Source: Camelus ferus
Taxonomy: Eukaryota
NCBI RefSeq assembly: GCF_009834535.1
Contig: NC_045696.1
Span: 29,762,001 to 29,826,000, forward strand
Direction of reading: 5' to 3'
DNA length: 64,000 bases
The notes beneath the pieces were generated by a model. That model saw only the letters and a list, made by a program, of their open reading frames with translations, was not told where the DNA came from and did not search any database. Position 1 is the first letter of the stretch, and each line of letters begins with the position of its first letter. Positions 40,325 to 50,906 of the stretch are shown here, one piece after another. The translations under genes and the position numbers were made by a program.

Positions 40325-40457
40325 CAGTGGTTCTGGCACTGGGCTGCCTACCACCTGGGGAACTTTCAAAACTACTTAAGTGGGGTTACACTGTCAAGCT
40401 GTATTATTTAATTAGTCTGGGGTGATTTTATTACAGAGCCAAAGTTGAGAACCATTG
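40325..40457. mobile_element. MER5-like hAT-Charlie MITE
   Basis: Termini cagtggttct / agttgagaaccattg; internal 'cacctggggaactt'. Confidence 0.8.
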
Positions 40458-41249
40458 TCTAAGGTCCCAATGGTTTGTCTTTTTTTAGAGCCACCACATT
40501 TTTTAAAGGAACAGAATGGCTGGAGATCCAGAGGTGAATATGCGTATAAGACCCTGCTGATTTGCACACTTTTTGTTGAAAAATTTAAAGACTCTGGGTT
40601 ATTTCCACACAGTTGAAGATGATATCTTATTGGATGAGTCTTAAAATCAGTTTGGATATTATATACATCCTCTTAACCGTTGAAAAGAGGCAGAATTTAA
40701 AAATTAACTACAATATGGTTTCTAAATATACTACCTTTTCTAATTTTATTAAAACTAGATGGCTGGATTTATCAAGCTGGAAGTTTTTGTGTTTTAAGAC
40801 TTCTTTAAAACATTATCTTTTATGATACTCTTATTAGGGGAGTCAGTGGCAGATCATAGATGAATGTGGAATATGGTAAACCTGGAAGTCAGGGCTAGAA
40901 GCTATGCTGTAAAGTGAAACGGCTAGAGGATGGGAAAGTCCATGTGTGGTGCTGAGCCTAAAATGCAAAGTATACATGGAGCTCACCTGGAGGGTAGAGG
41001 CAGGGTTTTGAGTCTACAGAGGTCGATATTGGAAATGAGAGTATAGACTTACCTTCTGGCACAAATCTGGCATTAATTACAGTAATGGAACTGAGACAAA
41101 GAGTTATCTTGCTAGGTGTTCCCAACAGTGCTAGAAGGACCAAAGTGTGATGCTGACCCCAGTGTTTTTTTAAATCAGATTTCCTGATGAGAGTAGATGT
41201 GTGGGTCCAAGGGCATGCTCCTCTCTAGAGTGAAGCAGGATTCTGCAGG

Positions 41250-41365
41250 ACCTGAAACTGCAGCAAAGGGCCACATCCTTTTGTGAGACATGCAATCAAT
41301 TTAGGATGTTGTGACCAGCATTTAGATTAAATGAAATTGAATAGAATTGGTAGAAAATGCTGTGG
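41250..41365. mobile_element. hAT-Charlie fragment (Charlie4-like)
   Basis: 'catgcaatcaatttaggatgttgtgaccagcattt...aaatgaaattgaatagaat'. Confidence 0.45.
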
Positions 41366-42199
41366 GGTAATTGCTGCTTAAATAGATGAACCTAGATTCA
41401 GTTCTATGTGGGATGAACTGCCGATTAAATATAGTTAAGCTAGAAGAGACACATAACACAGGGAATTCTAATAATGTTTGATACTTTAAGTTTTAGAATA
41501 TCCCAACAAAACCTAAGAGTTGTGAATGGGGTAGTGGAAGGCTAGTAAATTGTTTCAAGTGTCTCATCTAGGGTAAGGGAGAAAATGGGAGAAGTGTAGT
41601 ATTTAAAAAAAATGTCCATATTGAGAATATTGTGGAAGTAGGGGATGGACATAGGGTGTCTTGGAAGAGAACACAGTGCTTCTTGGTGAGAAAAATAGTT
41701 TTACTATTTTTAAATATCAGTGAATGAAGTCTGGCCATGAGAGCAGGAAAAGTGAAGGGAGCCATTGATGAAAGGAAAGTATACTCGGACGTCTACACTC
41801 CCAGGAGGAAAAGGAATAGTGCGTGGCAACTTGATCACACCAGCAGAAAATAGGAAAATAAGTGACAACAATGTAAAATTAATAAACGTGAACTAAAGTT
41901 AAAAGGTAAAATAAATTGTTTAAATCATTCTACAACAAATTAACACATTATAAATTTTAATAAATCATGATAACAAATCCAATTCTTCTAGGGAAAGAAA
42001 AATTAAGAATGGGATAAAAAATTTCTTCCCAAATCCTAGTTAAATACAGTTTATAAAATAATTAAAACAAAGTAATAAATTATGCCAGTGTAAAATGTAT
42101 ATCTTATTGTGTGTCATGCCAGGAAAACTGAAAGCCACTGTTTCAGGAAGTTGTATAAATTTTAACCTGAGAGTTGCCCACTTGGTTGGTTGATTAGTT

Positions 42200-42490
42200 G
42201 ATTGATTTATTCTTTTATTTGCTCAACAAGTATTTATCAAATTCTTAACGTCCAAGTATATTGGGAAAAGTGCTTGAGCTACAAGGAGAATAAGAAAAAC
42301 ATTGCTCCTGATTTCATGGAGCTTACATTCTAAGGGAGGAGTTAAATAATAAACAAGTTTAGCAAGCCTACAATAATTTCATGTTATGATATAGGTTAGG
42401 TGGGGAAATATGCTTGCTGTGGAGTAAAAGGAGGTGACATAACAGAAAGTGTGATCAGGGAAGATGACTGTGAGATAGTGACATATAGTT
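42200..42490 (-). mobile_element. L2 3' end
   Basis: 'tcaacaagtatttatcaa...ctcctgatttcatggagcttacattctaaggg...gtgatcagggaag'. Confidence 0.8.
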
Positions 42491-43614
42491 TAGTTTACTT
42501 CAACTTCTGTTAAATACAAGGCTCAGAATTTTTACATCTTATATTTTATAGCCTGTTTCCTATTTCTCAGTCACACACATTTTAATAAAACTTATAAAGT
42601 TACTTCATTTCCCTCTATAAAATGAAGGTCTAATTTTTACACACTTATAATGGGTTTATCCACTTCATTATAATATTTGAAATCAGACTTACTTGCCCTT
42701 AAATTTAAAAATACATCTGAAAGTAAATGGAAATAAAAGAACTCCTAAGAAAATTTCTCCAAACTAGTCTTCTAAAAATAACATCAAAAAAACCAAGTAA
42801 TTAGCTAAATAGGTTTCATATTCAAAGCAAAATTACCAATTAACCTTCCCTTGGCCCCCTATCAGGAAAGACAGCTAGAGAGAGGAATTCCTACAGAGGG
42901 AGGATCTGATCCATTTTGAGGGATGCCCTTGCTAGAGGCAATACTTACTTGAAAGAAAATCCCAGCCACTGATTCCACTTAAGTTTAGAAACCTCTTAAG
43001 CGCTGAAAGGGAGAGCTCTGTTTGCTGAGAGAAAAGCAATCAAGACAAGGAGGGGGTTGGTTGACAAAGCCGGCCCAGAGTCAGATGTGATTTCTGTTGA
43101 TGGGTTTACATTTCGCACTGGGTATAACCAAGAAGACTGTTTTATTTTGAGCTCGACACCACTGAAATGTAATATGCAAACATTTTTCTAAGCTGTATAA
43201 CCTTAATTTGTTGATAGGAAGACGGTGCACTATTTGTGTTAGACTCGGAAGCCTTTCTGAATTGGGATCCTATGTGCTGCTGTTACTGCTTCTTGGTGGG
43301 TTACACTGTTCTTATGTCACCTACAGAAATAACACATTTTTAAGAAAATCTTTTCATGACATACAAAATGGAAAGCAAAAATCTGGGCATTCTCTTCTCA
43401 GCATTCCTAGAACACTGTATTTATTATCCCTTTCATATTTAACAAAGAGGTTTAAAACTATTGTAAATGTTTTTCTCTAGATATGAACTCTTTGAGGGAT
43501 CTTGTTTATCTTGTAGTATCAGTGCCTAATGATGAATGTCTGACCTACTTTTAAAATGTTGAACTTAAAACAAAATTGGAAATGCTTATTCACCTTATTT
43601 AAATGTGTAAACTG

Positions 43615-45048
43615 ACTCCAACTTGGGCTTTTGCCCCCAACTGTCTGACAAAACTACTATATCCTGCTCTCCAGTGACCTCCACGATGCTAAGTCCAGTG
43701 GCTAATACTTTACCTATCAGCAGCATTTGGTACCATCAACTATTTCCTCTTCCTGAAAACATTTCCTTGCTTGGCTTCTGGGACAACACATACCTTTGTT
43801 TTTCTTCCTTCCTCAATCACTGGAGTGACTCGGCACTCAATTCTAGGATCCCTTTTCCATCACTGCCCCCTAGATGGTCTCATCTAGTGTCTTACAAAGA
43901 GGCATCCGCATTTATATCTACACCTTGGGACCACTGCCTTGAACAATACATCAGTTAGCCAGTAGCTTTTACTTTGTAACTTCATTGACATCTCAGTTTA
44001 CTCTACCCAACATCAAAGCCTGATTTTTCTTCCTCAAACCTGTTTCATGCAAGTCTTTCCCATTTTAATAAATGGCAGCTCCATCCTTCCAGGTGCTCAA
44101 ACCCAAAATCTTGTAGTTGTCCTTTACTCCCTTGCCCTCTAGATCACAGGTTTAATTTAGCAGAAAATTCTATTGTCTTTATCTTCAACATATATTTATA
44201 TACTTATTTATTTTAATGGACGTACTGGGGATTGAACCCAGGACCTCATGCTTGCTAAGCATGCGCTCTACCACTGAGATATACCCTCCCCCTCAACATA
44301 TATTCAGAAACTGACCACTTTAAAAAAAAGTTACTTTGATTATTTCTGTTTAAACCAGGGTAACCTCTCCTTTGTTTTAGCTATAGGACTTCTTAGATGA
44401 TTTCCCAGCTTCCCCACTTGGCTTCCTGTAATCCAGTCTCCATACAAAGGCAGGCATGATTCTGTTAACGATGTCCAGAGCATGTCATTTCTCTGCCTGA
44501 GATCTTCCATGTATCCCATGTCACAGTAAAAGTCAATTTGCTTACAGTGGCTACTAGGAAGCTCTGTGATCTGAACCTCAACTTTCTCTCTGACTTTGCT
44601 ACGCTCTCTTACTACACCTCCTCTTGTTCAATAAAGAGTGGTCTCACTGCCAAAGTTCCTTCTCCTTCAGGCCAAACATGCTCCTTGCTTCTGCCTGGAA
44701 TGCTCTCCAGCCCCAAACAGCCTCATGATTTGTTCCTTATTTCCCTCTGATCTTTACTCAAATGTCACTTTTAACAGTGAAGACTTCCTTGAAAGTCCTG
44801 CAAGAAAAAAGCAATCACTCCTTGTTTCTTGCTCTCTATTTGTCTCAGTATAATAACTATCACATTCACATTCTATACATTTTACATGTTTTATTCTTAT
44901 TATCTGTATCCTTCTGCTAAAATATAAGCTCCATGGGAGGAGGAATTTTGTTTTTTTGGTCTGTTTTCTTCATTGTTGTTTCTTTAGCACGTAGAATAGA
45001 AGACTATTTGGCGCTTAGCAGGCATTTGATGAATGATGATTAAATGAC
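43615..45048 (+). mobile_element. Long L2 (L2a-like) fragment: RT region to 3' end
   Basis: Remnants GFCP.. and SLLGFWDNTYLCFSSFL (cf. L2 SSLGFQDTTLSWFSSYL); 'aatggcagctccatccttccaggtgctca', 'ttctgcctggaatgctct', 'aatataagctccatgggagg', terminal 'gatgaatgatgattaaatga'. Confidence 0.9.
44197..44292 (-). mobile_element. tRNA-Ala-derived camelid SINE (Vic-1-like) inserted in L2
   Basis: Minus strand GGGGGAGGGTATATCTCAGTGGTAGAGCGCATGCTTAGCAAGCATGAGGTCCTGGGTTCAATCCCCAGTACGTCCA + A-rich tail; A/B boxes; 12-bp TSD tcaacatatatt (44185-44196, 44293-44304). Confidence 0.93.
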
Positions 45049-45924
45049 AGTTTATTTAGGGTGTGGAACATTTTGTTTATTTAAATTGCTGAAAACCTTT
45101 GTTTCACCTGTCAGTATACTATGTAGTTCCAGCCTTTAGGACAGTCAAGTCCACCATTTAATGAGGAAAAGGACAATTAGTATCATTGAGATGCTGGCAA
45201 AACAGGAGTGATGGAGAAAAAGTGAGTTAGAATTTAGACAGCTCTTTCTCCGTAAGGTGTGGCAGAGGCCAGCATTAGTTCTATGACCCTGGAAACTGAC
45301 AGTGACTCTCTAGACACAAGTTCCAGTGAGTTCCATGTTTTAATTCTCTAAGTTGTTGATACTAGCTGTTGATACAGGGAGGCAGAGAGAGCCCTGCAGA
45401 GGTGATCAAGAATTAGGTGGAACTCTATGATGGGGGGAGAATAGAATTTAGTGTTCTGTAATGTTTTAACCTTACCAGTAGCCCATAGGAGCACAAAGGG
45501 TATAGAAGTTTCTTGAGAGTGGAGATTGGCAAGAGCTAGGCACAGTACTAGTGGGTGAGCTTTAGAGTGGTGTTCCAAAAGGCCAAGAAGGGAGATAGGT
45601 ATGGACAAAGGAAAGAGAGCTTAGTGCTATCCTGTTCTGGTATCTGGGACCCCTCAGAGGATGTGGTGAGCAGAGGGGGTGCGAAGTGCTAAAACTGTGG
45701 ATATGAGGGTCATCATTTGTACTCTGGAGTTTAGGGCATACTGATAAAGAAGAGATGAGGAAGAGAGAATATAGGCATCCTGATAGCCAGTCAAGGCCGT
45801 TAGTCCCAGGTCAGGAAACAAGGCTTTATTCCAAGTCTAACCAAATGAAAGTGGGGAGCTGAGAAAGGGTGTAACCCAAGCAAATATGACCAGTGCTCTT
45901 GTAGTCAACTTAGTAGTTTCAGAA

Positions 45925-46128
45925 TACTCATCGAGCATTTCTTTTGTACCAGACGCTGTGTATTCATTTTCATTTAATCTTTACAATGCTATTAATAGTT
46001 ACTTAGCAATCCAGATAAAAGAGAAAACTGAGTGTTAATGTTGTTCTCAAGGTCACATGGTTTGGAAATGCACAGGATTGAAATTTGAACCCAGAGTAGT
46101 TAAATTACAAAGTTATGCTCCTTTCACT
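45925..46128 (-). mobile_element. MIR SINE
   Basis: 'catttaatctttacaat...gagaaaactgag...tcaaggtcacatgg...atttgaacccag'. Confidence 0.8.
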
Positions 46129-46133
46129 GTTTC

Positions 46134-46327
46134 CAGGTGGTTCTCAACCCTAGGTGTCCATTAGAATCTCCTAGGTAGCTTCTAAAAATAACTTGTATCT
46201 AAACAGCACCCCACAGATATCCTGATGTGATTTGTCTGGTATGAGGTCCAGGTATGGTCACTTTTCCTTTATTTTGGTATTCTTCCCCAGATGATTCAAA
46301 GATATAGTTGGGATTGTGAACTACTGC
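46134..46327. mobile_element. MER5A/B-like hAT-Charlie MITE
   Basis: 'gtggttctcaaccctaggtgtccattagaatctcc...ttccccagatgattc...gtgaactactg'. Confidence 0.8.
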
Positions 46328-46389
46328 TATACGATGTTGCATATGTGTGTGGCTGAGGGGTGAGGGGCAGTTCAGGGGAATTTAGTGTA

Positions 46390-46546
46390 CTACAATGTTT
46401 TTTAGGCATGGTCTAGGATCAACAGCATCAGTTTCATCTGAGAACTTGTTAGAAATGCAAAAAACCTTGATTTAAAAACTCCAGGGGTGGGGCTTGACAA
46501 TTTGCATTTTAACAAGCATTTTAATACACACTAAAATTTGAGACTG
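46390..46546. mobile_element. MER5A-like MITE
   Basis: 'cagcatcagtttcatctgagaacttgttagaaatgcaaa...ggggtgggg...ttttaacaagc...ctaaaatttgaga'. Confidence 0.85.
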
Positions 46547-46559
46547 AGGATCTCGGATT

Positions 46560-46770
46560 TGGGCTCAAGAAGATGTAAGTTTTAACTACTTTCAACAAGT
46601 TTTAACTGCTTTCAACATATAAGAGTTATGCACACTAAATCAAGTACCTCAACGTCTCCAAGTCTCAGTTTCCCAGAGACATAAAGAATGGTATTTACTG
46701 CTCTGACAAATAATGGGAAACTTCATATAAATCACCTGGTCCATGCCAATAAATGGTAACTATTACTAAG
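46560..46770 (+). mobile_element. MIR SINE (diverged)
   Basis: 'caagtacctcaacgtctccaagtctcagtttcc'. Confidence 0.55.
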
Positions 46771-48927
46771 GGGTGTTTCAGAAAGAGTGATGTGCCAGAT
46801 ACCGAGCCTGTAAGTGGAAGTCTAAGTGGCCCATCTTTAAAGATCTGGGAAGACAGTTATGAAGATGTAAAGGAGGAACTCAGGAACAGGGTGAGTGTAT
46901 TATGTCTTAGAAGAGTCTCAACAGCTAATATTGAAAAACAGGCAAAAATATCTGGCCTTAAATAGTCCTTAAATAGTTGTCTTTCTGAACAGAATTGGAA
47001 ATACTTCTTATGCATGCTGTTGCATAGGTAGTAGTTACATAATGATTCTAACATTTTCTACTTTTCCTACTACTTTTTCTACTTTGGTTAAGTTAAACAC
47101 ATTGCTGACTTACTTTTAGCCTCACCTGTTTAAATATTCTTTGAATGTTTAGATAACAGATTTGGTCATGCTGAAGTACTGATGACAAATGGGTTAAATC
47201 TGAACCTTGGACTTGAGTACACATCTTTTTTGAGTCAAACTTCATTTCCTCTCTGTTTATTCTCCCTTGGAGATCTAGAGTCTAAAAGCAAGTGCTTGTG
47301 GCCACCAGGAAGAAGGCATGTGCCGAGAAAATGAAAGGATTCCTGAGATCTTAAATTAGATCCACCTGTTTACTCCTGGAACTTTTTATTTTATAGTTCA
47401 GTGACAAAACCTATGTGTGTGTTTGTGTGTTTTTCTGTGTATGTATGTGTAAGATACTCTCAAGAGGTTACTGAGGATTATCTCCCTAACGTATTTAGAA
47501 TAATTGTGTGTTTTATATATAATAATTGTAAATGGTTATACCAGTAAACTGTCGTACAGTCTATTGGATTTAGCATTGCCACTGAAATTGTCGTAAGTTT
47601 GAGGAAGGTGAGCTCTTGTAGAAGGGAATTAAACACAGGCTTATTTCCTTTGCTCCAGAAGATACTGCAAGTAGATTGAATAAAATTCTGAAGATGTTTG
47701 AAAACTTTTGAGAAAAAAATAAGAACTAACATTTACTTGGAGGTGAATAGGTAGAAAGAGAAACAGGCAAGAAGGGACTATTGATCAGAGAAGATTTTCT
47801 TGGAAATATGAGTGCAGGAGACATTTCAAATTCACACGTATACATACACACAAGGAGGATCCTAAAAAACAAGTCACAGTACTTGAGAGAAAAAACCAAA
47901 AACAATTTACCTGTTGACCTAAAAGTTCAGTCTTTGGTATAACAGTTTTTACAGATGAAGGATAAAATGACTGACCTCTTTGAGTGGTTTATGTTTAAAT
48001 ATGACTTTAGTAAGTGTTCTGGTGGGATGTATAATTTTCAGCATAGAGTCTAGAATATGGTCATGATATTTATGTTGAAAAATAACAATCACTGGATCAA
48101 AAGATACACTGTCATAGACATTTGTGAACTGGGGTTCTGGATCAATGCTATTAAAATTCTTTTATTTATTAATTTTTGAGATGGAAAGATAACATGGGCA
48201 GGTATGCATTTGGATGATCAAAAAGGGGGGGAATCTCAATTTATGCAAGTAGGCAGTTTTCAAAAATACGTTACTGCGAAATTAATAATGGTATGAATTC
48301 AAAATTAGTACCCTAATTGAGGCAGTTAGACCTTCATGTAAGTGCTTGTATCTTTCTTCTGAAAAATACTGGTCAATAGCTTTCTTTTTTGTATTTGTTA
48401 AAAAGAGATATTTATATTTTTTAATCTACTATGGTTACTTTAACTTGCCAATAGATTATTCATTTGTGAGACTATTTACTCTACTAATTAAAAAGTGAGG
48501 TTACCATAGTAACTAGTATATCCCGAATATTCTGCTTATATATCCTCTGAGATTCAGAGCAGTTTTTCATCTGAATTCTTCTATCAGCTATACTGATTTC
48601 AGATGCTCTCTTGCACTTTGGACTATAAAAGAAAATGCTTTCTTTACTGATTATGTCCACTTGAATATTTTTAGATAATTTGTTTATAATATAGACTAAG
48701 TAGCTCTAATGTTTGGGGAAATTTTAAAGGTGAAAATAATTTAAAAGCACTCAAAAAAACTTTGGAAATAGCGAAGAAGTAGTGGTGGATTACTGAAGTA
48801 ACAGTGGACATAGAGTTTCTATTTCAGAAAATACTTTGAAGTAAAAAGGTCAGTCTTTTGATAAATATGTTACTCTGAGGAATTCTTCTACAAGAGAGAT
48901 CACATTTTGTTTTTGGGAGACTATCTT

Positions 48928-49212
48928 TTTTTTTTTAACATTTTTTTAATTGAGTTATAGTCATTTTACAATATTGTGTCAAATTCCAGTGTAGAGCACA
49001 ATTTTTCAGTTATCATGAACATACATATATTCATTGTCACATTTTTTTTTTTTTGCTGTGAGCTACCATAGATCTTGTATATATTTCCCTGTGCTATACA
49101 GTATAATCTTGTTTATCTATTCTACATTTTGAAATCCCAGTCTGTCCCTTCCCACCCCCCGCCTCCCTGGCAACCACAAGTTTGTACTCCATGTCTATGA
49201 GTCTGTTTCTGC
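48928..49212 (-). mobile_element. Young lineage-specific L1 3' end (camelid L1_Vpa-like), 5'-truncated
   Basis: Poly(T) then 'attgagttatagtcattttacaatattgtgtcaaattccagtgtagagcacaa...ctggcaaccacaagtttgta...gagtctgtttctg'; 15-bp TSD ttgggagactatctt (48913-48927) / ttgggagactgtctt (49213-49227). Confidence 0.95.
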
Positions 49213-49384
49213 TTGGGAGACTGTCTTATTAACTTAGAACATGTAACAAAAAGGAAATCTTGCTTAGCTCCTAATAAACTTTGCTACAAATAATATATAT
49301 GATTTTTGCATTGAATGGGTGGACTTGGAGCTCTGGAAATTTGGCATACTCTTCATACAGCTTATTTTCTTACTGTTTAGTCTT

Positions 49385-49720
49385 TCAATATGCTACTGCC
49401 TCTACCTGGAATGACTTCATCATTTCTGCACATCTCCATCTCTGCCTTGCTCCTAGTATTTCTTGGCTTACTCTATTTGTTCCTTAGTGCTTAGTTAAGA
49501 TGCCGTATTCTCTGGGAATATTGCTCTTATTCCCCAAGACTATGTTAAGACTCTTTCTACAGGTTTGTATAACACCTGTTGAAAATAATTTCATAAATAA
49601 CCACTTAATTGTAGTGGTTAGTCCACTTGCTGAGTTGTCTTATGGGGAACAACCAGGGTCTTGTTATGTGTTGTGGGCTCAAAGACCCACTTAATATCTG
49701 GCTTATAATAAGTTTTCAAA
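49385..49720 (+). mobile_element. L2 3' fragment
   Basis: 'atgctactgcctctacctggaatgac...ccagggtcttgtta...atctggcttataata'. Confidence 0.6.
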
Positions 49721-49750
49721 GAAACCTATAAAATAGTTTTATCTAGTAAC

Positions 49751-50198
49751 TATTCGTTTCCTAGGGCTGCTGTAACAAAATGCCACCAGTTAGATGACTT
49801 AAAACAACAGAAATGTATTTTCTCCAGTTCTGGAGGCCTGAGTCAGAAAACAAGATGTTGGCAAGGTTGATTCCTACAAGAAGGTCTGAAGGTGAATCTG
49901 TTCCATGCTTCTCTCCTAGCATTTGGCAGTTAAAGGCAACTGTCAGCGTCCCTTGTGTGTAGACACCTCTCTCCAACTCTGCCTCTGTCTTCACACGGTA
50001 TCCTCTGTATATGTGTCTATGTCTCTTCCCCTGTTCTTGTAAGGATACTAGTAATATTGGCTTAAGGCCCATCATAATTCAATATGACCTTGATTGCATC
50101 TGCAAAAACCCTATTTCCAAATAAGGTCACAGCCGTAGGTGGTACCAGGAGTTAGAACTCCAACTTACCTTTTAGGGGACATAATTCAATCTGCAACA
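49751..50198 (-). mobile_element. MaLR solo LTR, MLT1C-like, complete
   Basis: 'tttcctagggctgctgtaacaaa...cttaaaacaacagaaat...cagttctggaggc...catctgcaaaaaccctatttccaaataaggtcaca...ggggacataattcaa'; 5-bp TSD gtaac (49746-49750, 50199-50203). Confidence 0.93.
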
Positions 50199-50789
50199 GT
50201 AACCATCTAGTACATTTTTTACTTTAGGGTTGATATAAAATGCCATCTTAACCATGGTGAGACCAGTCACTAAGCTGCTAATTAGCTCATTATTTAGTCA
50301 CTTAACATTCACCAAACGGAAAGTACTTGGTTTGATTATTTTAATGGTCTTAACACCCAGACCTGATAATTTCCTACAGAATTTCACTTATTGATAATAG
50401 ACCCTTTGATTCAGTTGCCAAATATATGAACTAGTTAGCTGAGACAGTTCTAGAAAGGATAAGTTCATATGCAACAACTTCAGAAGAAATTAGGCCCAAA
50501 TAACTGTGGTGTATACAGGGCTGTTTATTCTTAGGTGTAATGCACAGACTTCTATTTCTAATTTGGGTCATTTTAATTATATACCGAGTGTAAGGAAGGG
50601 GGAGAGGAGGCAACAGGAAAAGTCATTTCTTGGCATTTAGCAATTAGTTGATTAACATGCAAATTTTATTTAAAGTAATATAAAATATGCACCTATTAAT
50701 TTTGGTTCATCAGATTGGGTTACTTTTAACTTTAATAAGATGCAACAATTATTAACCCATTTAAAATATATAATTTAATACTGAACTAG

Positions 50790-50906
50790 TTTCTCAGTGG
50801 CGATGATTGCCAGGTTGCACGTGACGTTCCAGGGACGCGCTTAGCTACAAGGTGCAACAGACAGCAAGCGAAGGATGGGACCTAGAAACAGCCCATGTTG
50901 GTAAGG
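50790..50906 (+). promoter_or_regulatory. Candidate regulatory element / first exon (E-box + CRE half site, CpG-retaining)
   Basis: gcacgtgacgtt (CACGTG 50818-50823 overlapping TGACGT), six CpGs in ~70 bp, aggATGG, ttg|gtaagg donor-like site. Confidence 0.45.

Noticed and set aside
44218..44292. Functional tRNA-Ala gene
   Set aside because: 5' extension, A-rich tail, TSD and insertion inside an L2 indicate a SINE; D-stem mutation and no T-run terminator
46577..46617. 20-bp tandem repeat (also small duplications at 751-792 and 17804-17836) as CRISPR-like arrays
   Set aside because: Only 2-3 adjacent copies without unique spacers; ordinary slippage duplications
49761..50075. 104-aa ORF
   Set aside because: Lies wholly inside the MLT1C LTR
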